Positions 43,301 through 55,300 of a stretch of 64,000 nucleotides of DNA are shown here, piece after piece. Under the pieces are notes generated by a model, which saw nothing but the letters and a program-made list of their open reading frames with translations, ran no database searches and was not told the origin of the DNA. Positions within the stretch are counted from its first letter, which is position 1. Each line of letters opens with the position of its first letter. A program made the translations under genes and the position numbers. The DNA is from Nemertoderma westbladi (Eukaryota > Animalia > Xenacoelomorpha): positions 62,001 to 126,000 of the forward strand of contig JAUCBJ010001802.1 of assembly GCA_032718475.1 (NCBI GenBank), written 5' to 3'.

Positions 43301-46300
43301 AACAACCAAGAACAAACAAGTAGGGTGAGAACGTAGGGAGAACAAGTAGGGTGAGCTAGAAGGGAGAAAGATGGGAGAGATGAGAAGGGTACAGGGGGTG
43401 CGTTAGAATAAGTAGGGCACGGGCGTGATGACGTGTTTGATGTAAGAGCAGGGTATGTTAATTAGAGTTAGTGGGAGTTAGAGGTTAGTAAGAGGGAACG
43501 TAGTACCGGTTGTGGTTGTGGGCACCGCAAGCGCCACGTAGATGGAGGTAGTTGAGTTAGTAAGAGGGTACGTAGTACCGGTTGTGGTTGTGGGCACCGC
43601 AAGCGCCACGTAGATGGAGGTAGTTGAGTTAGTAAGAGGGTACGTAGTACCGGTTGTGGTTGTGGGCACCGCAAGCGCCACGTAGATGGAGGTAGTCGAG
43701 TTAGTAAGAGGGTATGTAGTACCGGTTAGTAAGAGTTAGTGGAGTTAGAGGTTAGTAAGAGGGTACGTAGTACCGGTTAGTAAGAGTTAGTGGGGTTAGA
43801 GGTTAGTAAGAGGGTACGTAGTACCAGTTAGTAAGAGTTAGTAGTAGTTCACATAATTAACATACCCATTTTGCCGGCACTCAGAGCGTCACGTGCAGGC
43901 AAGGAAACGTAAGGGGATAAGATTCAAAGGTAGGTGTAGAGGAGACAGGATGTAGATAGAGTAGAGGGAGTAGATGTAGAGAGTTGGCAGAGTAGAAGTA
44001 GTAGTAGAGTGGTTGTGGGCACCGTAAGCGTCACGTAGATGGAGGTAGTAGGTAGTAGCAGAGAGTGGTTGTGGGCACCGCAAGCGCCACGTAGATAGAG
44101 GTGGTAGCAGAGTTAGAGGTAGTAGTAGAGTTAGAGAGTTAGAGGAGTTAGTAGGGGTAGTAAGAGGGTACGTAGTACCGATAGTTAGATGAGTTAGTAA
44201 GAGTAGTAAGAGGGTACGTAGTACCGTTAGTTAGAAAGTTAGTAGAGTTAGCAGAGGTAGAGAGTCAGTAGAGTTGGCAGAAGTAGAAAGTTAGATAGTT
44301 GGAGAGTTAGTAGAGGTAGAGAGTTAGTAGAAGTTAGAGAGTCAGTAGAGAGCTAGGGAGTTAGTAGAGCTACACCTCCAAACTACAGAAGGGCCTTCGG
44401 AGGTCTGGTAGACCACCCGGGGCTGGAGGGCGAGTCGGTGTAATACAACAGCCGGCATCTAGTAGACAGGGAGGTGGATACACATATCAGAGGTGGGAGA
44501 AGTCGGAAGCGAATAGACTTGGGTGTTGGGGAAACAAAAGTCGTGTGAGAGGAAGTCACGATCGGCCCGACACGGGACGCCAGAAAAACGGGGTAGCGAT
44601 ATCATACCCATAGGGAGCGGCCTGGAAAGCCGGCTCCGAAGAAAATAGTTCCACCCCACACCCGATAGTAGATCGGGATCCAGCGGAATTGTAGCGCACT
44701 AGAGGTGGATGCTATCTTCTCACCGGGAAGATAGCATGGGGGGAGTGTTAGCATATTCAATTCCGCTAACCAGGCCCACACAAAGTTGGTATTAGGCAAT
44801 ATTGGGAGTACAAGGTTGATTACCAATCAACCTTGTATCACCCCAATAAGCGGGGCGACAAACCCCAAAGGGCCTCAGACAATAGAGGTTAGAGGTCAAG
44901 GAGAGAGAGTAACAGCAGCGGGGGGGAAACACTCACACAAAGTTCAGGGCGAGAATTAGGTTACTAGCCAATGGGGGGACAGCAGGGCATCAGCTGAGTA
45001 ACACGGCCAACCTAGAGTATATTACCGGTTGATGTTTAGTTTAGTTAGTCAGTTATCTCAGTACAGTCACGGCAGTACGGTGACAGTTTAAGACCGTCAC
45101 CGCCGTCACGAATACATATTATTACTGTATTACCGGTCAATCGTGCTATCTGCTATCATCTGTCACCTATATTATATATCTCAGTACAAGATTCAGGAAC
45201 ACAAACTATTACATTTTCCATCACACGGTGCGGCTGATGCGTACATAAACAACACCGGATAAACCGGGATCCTCGGATCCCGTCACAAAGTTAACTTATA
45301 TTTATGGTGGCGTTTGGAGCCATGTTAATAATATAGCTACATGTTACATGTTAATAATATAGCTACTGGTTATTAATAGCTATACCCCTCTTACCGGGAG
45401 GTAATACAGTAGGCCGATCTAGCTGTCAGGCAAATCTCCACCTATTGTTTACGTGGAAACCAATGACGGCGTTAAGTAATGTCCACTAAGGGGATATTAC
45501 TTAACGGATACCGCCAAATACTACAGTAAATGTACAGGCCAATAAAATGCTGTAATGTCCTCTAAATTGTAAAGTGCTAAATAACAACTCGCTGTTACTG
45601 TAATACTAACGGCGTTGAGTAAAGTTACAATTTTGGAATAAAATGTTGTTACTCTTAACCAAACCATTTTTAAGAAAATTCGTTTCCCTGGTTACTTGCA
45701 TGATAACTGGATTGTGATAGGCTCACTGCATCAGAACTGTTGTTTAAGAGTAGAAAACTGTTTGCCCTATACACAGTGCACACTTTCCTTTTTTCCGTAA
45801 AGGTGCGATTCACCATACAACAAACTGTATGTAGGCGTATTAATTGTTATTGTACTATAGGCCTACTGCCTTCACTGCCACAGCTTGTAGTATCGATTCA
45901 TACTTTAAAAGTCACAGAGATGTAAACCAATGGTATTTGGAAGATATTCTAAATAATTAGTGGCCCTGCTTTCGTGAAAAAATGAGATTTGTAATAACTA
46001 TTTACATACTTGTGTGTAAAGTAGCACTTTACAGTGTGATGATCCGAGTGGCTTTGTTACACTAACGAACGTTAGTGAGTGAGTGGAAATATGTACTGTG
46101 TATAGTTTTATTCCAAACTTGTAACATTTCGAAATGATTGTATATATATTATAAGTGATAGAAACTGCACAAATTAAATTAGTTGCTGTATAAATAAATG
46201 TAAAAATGACATAAATTATGTTATAAATAGAGTAAGATAGCTTATATTTATGGTGGCGTTTGGAGCTACAGTATGTTAATTGTTTATAGCTTTTGGTTTC

Positions 46301-49300
46301 TTAATAGCTATACCACGCCTACCGGTATGTAATGCAGTAGGCCTATTTGGCTGTCAGACAAATACCACATATTGTTTACGTGGTAACCAATGACGCCGTT
46401 AAGTACTGTCTCCACTAACGGGACATTACTTAACTACTAACACCAAAAACAATACTAAATGTACAGGCCAATACAATGCTGTAATGTCCTCAAAAGTTGT
46501 AAAGTGCTAAATAACAACTCGCTGTTAATACTAACGGCGTTGAGTAATGATACAATTTTGGAATAAAAATAAATATATTACTATTGTCATTAACGTGATC
46601 TAATCATTATAATTTAATATTTATATTTCAGCTAGATTGAATGGTATTATTTATGTAGGCCTACTGTATTAGTTGCACATTATTTAATTAAGTTTTATGT
46701 CATTGTATGTTGGGAATGTTTGATATCCTATTTATCTTGCAGATTTCTCACGAATTCTCCTTGCTAACTAAAGGGGAAACAAGAATGGTCTAATTTAACC
46801 ACCCACCTCTCAAACCTGTTAAAGATCTTCAAGGTATCTACCCTGAAATCGAGAAGAAGTAATGAGGAGGCTTTATTGATGTGGAGTGAATAGTTGAATA
46901 CCCTCAACAGTCAACTTACTCAAGTCTTGGTTGGGTGTCGGAGTTTTTCGATTCGACAGTTATGTCTTACTGTCCGGTAAGTTCAGTTGGTTTAACCCTG
47001 AAAAATTAGCTTAACCCTAAATTTTGACATCCGCCGAAATTTCACCTAATTTGAAAACTCCAAAAAATCCCTTGCAACTCAGAAATATAGAGATGATACA
47101 ATAGGCCTACATATTTTATGCTATGGAATTTTCAAACAACGTCTTATAAATAGTGACAAAAGTAGAGTTCAAAAGTTGTGCTGTAATATCGAAATATGCA
47201 CCATATTCTACACCTAGATCTCAACATTTACTTTCTAATGAGAATGAGACTACTGTACTAGGCCAACACCATGTGGCATAGATTTGGAGGTATGATTTAC
47301 ATCTACTGTAGGCCTATCCTGTTTTAAATTTTATTTAAATTTTTGTATTTATTATCATACAGTATTACACATTATTTACTACAGTATTTACACTTATATA
47401 TATTTTTGAGCACTATTTCACAAAATCACAAAAATAGTTAAGTAGCTATAGAGATAGATCCTGTGATAATAGTAGGCCTACACAATAATAATAAACAGTA
47501 GGCCCTACAATATAAGCATTTTTTATGGCAATAAATTCGGTACGTACTAAAAGGTAGAACGATCTATAACGAGCTAAAACGATCTATAACGATCTATAAC
47601 GGGCTATAACTTTCTATAAGCAAGCTATACCCACCTATAACGAGCTATAATATGAAACTTTACATTAAAAAAAACGCCCCTTGGGTGTGTTTAAGTTTTG
47701 GATTAACACTGTGGTCTGAAAAATACCGCAGGTTAAAAATTAGGGTAGGCCTATCTGCCTATGCCTAATTGATACTGGTAAGTTTTTTTTATTGGCCTAT
47801 ATTGCTCACTATTTTCCTGTATTCTATATGGACCAGAAGCTAACAGCTGATAGCAGGATGGAGGATAGACAGAGATATGGGAAACCTCTCCACTGCTGCA
47901 CTGTCTGATAGTCAGATAATGCAGTAGTGGCATGCTGACTAATGCAGTAATGACTGATTTCGTGATACCACAAAGATGAAAAGCATTATGGACTAAAAAA
48001 CCAAATTGCGTAATTAAATTACTCACTATGAAAATAATTCCATTCTAAAATATGTTTTTTTAATGTAAATTTTCAGATTATAGCTCGTTATAGGTGGTTA
48101 TAGCCTGTTACAGGAAGTTATAGCCCGTTATAGATCGTTATAGCCCGTTATAGATCGTTCTACCTTTTAGTACGTACCAATAAATTCATAAATATATGTA
48201 GGCCGCGCACTTGCATCGGTACCATTATTTGATATCCGGACGGATTGGATAATTTTCCGTAATATTATATGCTTACATTTGTTTTATTAATAGGCGTAGG
48301 TCAGTGGTACACAAGAGGGCCAGGACGTATGTATCCGAACTTGACACAATCGGATTCAATGTTATCCATCAACAACAAATTACAGATATGGAGGAAGTTG
48401 TCGTTATTGTTGAAGGAAAACAAATCTGTGCCTAATGTACACGGATGTAGCTGACGTCCTTCTATTTACGATTGGTTTCATCAATATATTGAATGTCGCC
48501 TCTTTCGTAGTTAGTGTCCGATACAGACATGCGAAAGCAAGACGTTTGCCGAGCAAACTGTAGGCCTACACAGTGCATTCAGACTTACTGGATTTAGGAG
48601 TATGTCTACATTATTGTTATTACTGTACATTATTAAAGTTGTATCAATTAGTTAGTTTGTTTAATTGAATAGTGTTAGTGATAAAATATGTATATGCAGT
48701 GATAGTGTTTGTTTAGTATAGTTAGTTTAATTGAATAGTGTTAGTGATAGTAGATAATAGATGTACAGTATATGCAGTGATAGTGTTTGTTTAGTGTTTG
48801 TTTACTTGGAATATGATTTTTTAACCAATGTTCTTGTTTTAATCTTATATTCTAATTTAAATAAAATAATTTTAAAGAATTCAGTTAAACTTGTATAATT
48901 ATTGTGCATTCTTTATGTTATAATCTGCAATAAATCTTGAAATTGAATACAGTTTTTTATGTGATTAAAGTCAGAAATAAAAATATAGTAATAATAGAAA
49001 GTTAGGGCGTGTGAATAACACAAGAAATGGGCGACGATTCCCCGTACTTAGTTCCAAAGCCTCATGCGAATTTAGTTCCAATGGAAACGAATTTAGTTCC
49101 AATTTTTAGCGAATTTAGTTGGTTCCAATTTAGGCGAACTTATTTCCAATAACTAGAGAAAAACGAAAACGAATTTAGTTCCAATGGAAGCGAATTTAGT
49201 TCCAATGGATGCGAACTTAGTTCCAATGGATGCGAATTTAGTTCCAATGGAAGCGAATTTAGTTCCAATGGAGGCGAACTTAGTTCCAATGCAAGCGGAT

Positions 49301-52300
49301 TTAGTTCCAATGGAGGCGAACTTAGTTCCAATGCAAGCGAATTTAGTTCCAATGGAAGCGAACTTAGTTCCAATGCAAGCGAATTTAGTTCCAATGGAAC
49401 CGAATTTAATTCCAATGTTTCAGTTGCGGGACGAGCGACGTAGTTGGCGAATAATCTGTTTAATGACACTATTAGGTGGATGGATAAATAATAATTGTAA
49501 ATAACTAACCCAAAACGCCTAACCTCCTAACCAAAACAATCTTATCCCAAACAACGCCCAACCTCTTAACCCAAACAATTCAATTAAATTCAATTATATT
49601 TAATCATCTAAAATGATATTCATAATAAAAAAAACAACGCCCAAGCTCTTAACCCAAACTACGCCCAACCTCCTACTGTAACCCAAACAATATATTTCAA
49701 AATGTGTAATTATAATTTTAATTCATTAATAATAATTAGTTTTTAAAAAATTACAGTAGGATTTTACAATTATTGTTGACCCTGACCCTCCCCAAATAGT
49801 GGCAATACGCAAAGGATTCACCTACTACGTGGTTAGCCCCACGATTGAAACACTGGAACTAAATTCGCTTGCATTGGAACTAAGTTCGTATCCATTGGAA
49901 CTAAATTCGCTTCCATTGGAACTAAATTCGCTTGCATTGGAACTAAGTTCGCATCCATTGGAACTAAATTCGCACCCATTGGAACTAAATTCGCTTCCAT
50001 TGGAACTAAATTCGCTTCCGTTGGAACTAAATTCGCTTGAATTGGAACTAAGTTCGCACCCATTGGAACTAAGTTCGCATCCATTGGAACTAAATTCGCA
50101 TCCATTGGAACTAAGTTCGTATTCATTGGAACTAAATTCGCTTTCATTGGAACTAAATTCGCTTCCATTGGAACTAAATTCGCATCCATTTGAACTTAAT
50201 TCGCTTCCATTGGAACTAAATTCGCTTGAATTGGAACTAAGTTCGCATCCATTGGAACTAAATTCGCATCCATTGGAACTAAATTCGCTTCCATTGGAAC
50301 TAAATTCGCTTGAATTGGAACTAAGTTCGCATCCATTGGAACTAAATTCGCATCCATTTGAACTTAATTCGCATCCATTGGAACTAAGTTCGCATCCATT
50401 GGAACTAAATTCGCTTCCATTGGAACTAACTAAATTCGCTTGAATTGGAACAAAATTCGCATCCATTGGAACTAAATTAGCTTGCATTGGAACTAAGTTC
50501 GTATCCATTGGAACTAAATTCGCATCCATTGGAACTAAATTCGTTTTCGTTTTTCTTTAGTTATTGGAACTAAGTTCGCCTAAATTGGAACTAAATTCGC
50601 TAAAATTGGAACTAAATTCGTTTCCATTGGAACTAAATTCGCATCCATTGGAACTAAATTCGCATGCATTGGAACTAAATTCGTTTTCGTTTTTCTCTAG
50701 TTATTGGAACTAAATTCGCCAAATTGGAACTAAATTCGCCAAATTTGGAACTAAATTCGTTTCCATTGGAACTAAATTCGCATGAGGCTTAAATTGGAAC
50801 TAATTACGGGGAATCGTACGGGGAATCGTCGCCGATCTATTGTGCCACACGCCCGCACAAAATAATTCAGGTGTAAACTCGTTTAATATAATGTGAAACG
50901 AACCTTTATATCAGGTTATTTGGTTTCACCACGAAATATTTATGGCGAAACATTCGTTTCTACGGAGCCCCTAAAGGGACATGAGAAAAAAAAATTTTTC
51001 GCTAACTCGTGCGAACGACTTAGTATGTCGTGCGCACGACTTAGTATGTCGTTCGCACGACGTTAGTAAGTCGTTCGCACGACTTAGTATGTCGTTCGCA
51101 CGACTTACGTAAGTCGTTCGCACGACTTAGTATGTCGTTCGCACGACTTAGTAAGTCGTTCGCACGACTTAGTTTGTCGTTCGCACGACTTAGTATGTCG
51201 TTCGCACGAGTTAGTTAAGTCGTTCGCACGACTTATTATGTCGTTCGCACGACTTAGTAAGTCGTTCGCACGACTTAGTTTGTCGTTCGCACGACTTAGT
51301 ATCGTCGTTCGCACGAGTTAGTTAAGTCGTTCGCACGACTTATTATGTCGTTCGCACGACTTAGTAAGTCGTTCGCACGACTTAGTTTGTCGTTCGCACG
51401 ACTTAGTATGTCGTTCGCACGAGTTAGTTAAGTCGTTCGCACGACTTATTATGTCGTTCGCACGACTTAGTTTGTCGTTCGCACAACTTAGTATGTCGTT
51501 CGCACGAGTTAGTTAAGTCGTTCGCACGACTTATTATGTCGTTCGCACGACTTAGTAAGTCGTTCGCACGACTTAGTTTGTCGTTCGCACGACTTAGTAT
51601 GTCGTTCGCACGAGTTAGTTAAGTCGTTCGCACGACTTATTATGTCGTTCGCACGACTTAGTAAGTCGTTCGCACGACTTAGTAAGTCGTTCGCACGAGT
51701 TAGTTAAGTCGTTCGCACGACTTATTATGTCGTTCGCACGACTTAGTAAGTCGTTCGCACGACTTAGTGTGTCGTTCGCACGACTTAGTAAGTCGTTCGC
51801 ACGACTTATTATGTCGTTCGCAGGAGTTAGTTAAGTCGTTCGCACGACTTAGTATGTCGCTCGCACGAGTTAGTTAAGTCGTTCGCACGACTTAGTATGT
51901 CGTTCGCACGAGTTAGTTAAGTCGTTCGCACGACTTAGTATGTCGTTCGCACGAGGTAGTTAAGTCGTTCGCACGACGAGTTAGTACAGTAGTACAGTAT
52001 GTCGTTTGCACGACTTAGTATGTCGTTCGCACGAGGTAGTTAAGTCGTTCGCACGACGAGTTAGTACAGTAGTATGTCGTTCGCACGACTTAGTTAAGTC
52101 GTTCGCACGACTTAGTATGTCGTTGGCACGAGGTAGTTAAGTCGTTCGCACGACTTATTATGTCGTTCGCACGACTTAGTAAGTCGTTCGCACGACTTAG
52201 TAAGTCGTTCGCACGAGTTAGTTAAGTCGTTCGCACGACTTATTATGTCGTTCGCACGACTTAGTAAGTCGTTCGCACGACTTAGTGTGTCGTTCGCACG

Positions 52301-55300
52301 ACTTAGTTAAGTCGTTCGCACGACTTATTATGTCGTTCGCACGACTTAGTAAGTCGTTCGCACGAGTTAGTTAAGTCGTTCTCACGACTTATTATGTCGT
52401 TCGCACGACTTAGTAAGTCGTTCGCACGACTTAGTGTGTCGTTCGCACGACTTAGTAAGTCGTTCGCACGACTTAGTATGTCGTTCGCAAGAGTTAGTTA
52501 AGTCGTTCGCACGACTTAGTATGTCGTTCGCACGAGTTAGTTAAGTCGTTCGCACGACTTAGTATGTCGTTCGCACTAGTTAGTTAAGTCGTTCGCACGA
52601 CTTATTATGTCGTTCGCACGACTTAGTAAGTCGTTCGCACGACTTAGTGTGTCGTTCGCACGACTTAGTAAGTCGTTCGCACGACTTAGTATGTCGTTCG
52701 CAGGAGTTAGTTAAGTCGTTCGCACGACTTAGTATGTCGTTCGCACGAGTTAGTTAAGTCGTTCGCACGACTTAGTATGTCGTTCGCACGAGTTAGTTAA
52801 GTCGTTCGCACGACTTAGTATGTCGTTCGCACGAGGTAGTTAAGTCGTTCGCACGACGAGTTAGTACAGTAGTATGTCGTTTGCACGACTTAGTAAGTCG
52901 TTCGCACGACTTAGTGTGTCGTTCGCACGACTTAGTAAGTCGTTCGCACGACTTAGTATGTCGTTCGCAGGAGTTAGTTAAGTCGTTCGCACGACTTAGT
53001 ATGTCGTTCGCACGAGTTAGTTAAGTCGTTCGCACGACTTAGTATGTCGTTCGCACGAGTTAGTTAAGTCGTTCGCACGACTTAGTATGTCGTTCGCACG
53101 AGGTAGTTAAGTCGTTCGCACGACGAGTTAGTACAGTAGTATGTCGTTCGCACGACTTAGTTAAGTCGTTCGCACGACTTAGTATGTCGTTCGCACGAGG
53201 TAGTTAAGTCGTTCGCACGACGAGTTAGTACAGTAGTATGTCGTTCGCACGACTTAGTATGTCGTTCGCACGAGTTAGTTAAGTCGTTCGCACACTTAGT
53301 ATGTCGTTCGCACGAGTTAGTTAAGTCGTTTGCACGACTTAGTATGTCGTTCGCACGAGTTAGTTAAGTCGTTTGCACGACTTAGCATGTCGTTCGCACG
53401 AGTTAGTTAAGTCGTTCGCACGAGTTAGTTACGTCGTTATTATCGCCGTTACGTTTGATTACGTCGTTATATATATACATTTTAATTTATATAATTGAAA
53501 ACGGCTGAAACAAAACTGGAAATTAATATATGGCAGGATAGTGCAATAATTAAGTCAAAACATGTGGGTAATTAAAATGAACCAGACATAAAATAAGGGT
53601 GCGAATTTTCATTCGTTGTAATTGTAAAGAGTAAAAATTGCCTTTTGATCCCAGAACACGTTTATTGGCAATAAAACAAAAAATAACCAAAAGATAACAA
53701 AACATTGTTTCGCGGGTGTGTGTAGTGTAGCGTAGCCTACATGTATTTTGAACATTGTTGTGTGTATTGTCAAATAATTTACAATAGTTTTTGAGTTATT
53801 CAAAAAATCAAGTCTCCCCTAAAGTAAAGTCTCCCTCACTCACTCTACGATCTACAGGTACCTAATTCCTAGGTTTTATTACAATTTATTGCTTCGAATT
53901 TAAATTCACTAACATCCCAATCAAATGTGTCTAGCAGGAACAAAAATAAAGCTGGCAACACAATACTGCCCAATCCCGAACCGGCCGTCACAATTCCATT
54001 AGCAGTAGCCATTTTTCTCTTGAACCAAGTTGTAAAGACAACAGTAGATGGTAGAAAGATCATTCCAAAACCGATACCTATTAATACATAAACAATATAA
54101 ACCTTCTGTAAGCCTGTTTTATATAAGTTGAAAAGTTGATTATTATCTGTAATTCTACTGACTGATTTCTGATTGCTCTGCCGACAAGGCGGGGTAGCTC
54201 AGTTGGTTGAGCGCCGGGCCCGCAATCTAATGGTTGTACTGTAGGTTCGAACCCCGTCAGGGTCCACTCAGCCGTTCATACATACCATGGGGTCCATAAA
54301 ATGAGTACCAGTGGAATTACTGGGAGCAAAACTTTGTATAGGAGTAGCCCCCCCCCCCCACCCCTGCCTCCGGGTAAAATCCATCGAAAGGAAAGAGGAG
54401 CCTCCGGGTCGCCTCCTGCTTCGGCCGACGTGACGGTCCGAAGGGATTCAGCTACGATTCCGGATGCACTCTTTCCATATTTCAGATTTTGGAATGCTTC
54501 GACCACTTCATTTGGATTTATTGGCTCGTCCATTACAGGGATATACGGTACATTTCAAGTGAAGATATCACTCACACGTTGAGTTTCGCGAGTGTTTAAT
54601 AACTCTTTAAAGTGCTTTTTTCGACTGTCTGTGGTTTCAGGTTGATCCATTCCAGTTAATTATTACTCTCCATACATATATATTTTCGGATCGTCGATTA
54701 GCTGACAATGTTGTATATAGTTTCAATCTATTTATTCATTTTAACAACACTCCCTGATGATTACAGTATAATAATTATAGGTCGATTTAAATGTGATCAG
54801 CTGACAGTGAATTATTTCGACGTATAATAATTATTTGTCGTATTAAATGTGATCGATCAGCTGACAGTGAATTATTTCGACGTATAATTTATTATTGGTC
54901 TTATTAAATGTGATCAGCTGACAGTGAATTATTTCGACGTATAATTTATTATTGGTCTTATTAAATGTGATCAGCTGACAGTGAATTATTTCGACGTATA
55001 ATTTATTATTGGTCTTATTAAATGTGATCAGCTGACAGTGAATTATTTCGACGTATAATTTATTATTGGTCTTATTAAATGTGATCAGCTGACAGTGAAT
55101 TATTTCGACGTATAATAATTATAGGTCGATTTAAATGTGATCAGCTGACAGTGAATTATTTCGACGTATAATAATTATAGGTCGATTTAAATGTGATCAG
55201 CTGACAGCGAATTATTTCGACGATAATAAATTATACGTCGAAATAATTCACTGTCAGCTGATCACATTTAATACCAAATATATTTATAGGTCGAAATAAT

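Larger units (their letters stand above)
40632..45287 (+). mobile_element. Non-autonomous pol-less LTR element (LARD-like), 4656 bp
   Basis: LTRs 40632-41178 and 44746-45287 (TGT...ACA, about 98% identical); TSD AAGTT at 40627-40631 and 45288-45292; PPT ggggggag at 44738-44745. Confidence 0.92.
39668..46566 (+). repeat. Three copies of a dispersed element of about 0.6 kb: 39668-39940 (partial), 40355-40631 plus 45293-45642 (split by the LTR element), and 45999-46566
   Basis: Shared tatttacatacttgtgtgtaa start, aacgaacgttagtgagtgagtg core, 3' hairpin ctcgctgtta..taacggcgttgag and internal IR tttattccaaa/ttttggaataaa; family uncertain. Confidence 0.75.

Noticed and set aside
46740-46950. Possible Penelope GIY-YIG C-terminal remnant (RRSNEEALL...LNSQ)
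   Set aside because: Too short and degenerate to support by eye.
49140-50529. Heptad-repeat ORFs (LELNSLP, MEANLVP, SSNGCEF)
   Set aside because: Translations of the 21-bp repeat in all frames inside a foldback element.
51005-53430. CRISPR-like palindromic repeat array
   Set aside because: Linkers are only a few nt and recur, with no unique spacers and no cas genes; eukaryotic intron context.
54188-54260. tRNA gene
   Set aside because: No convincing acceptor stem or terminator, a 5-bp insertion, and it continues into a SINE core.
54750-54830. Hammerhead ribozyme (CTGATGA)
   Set aside because: No correctly placed GAAA core or closing stems.
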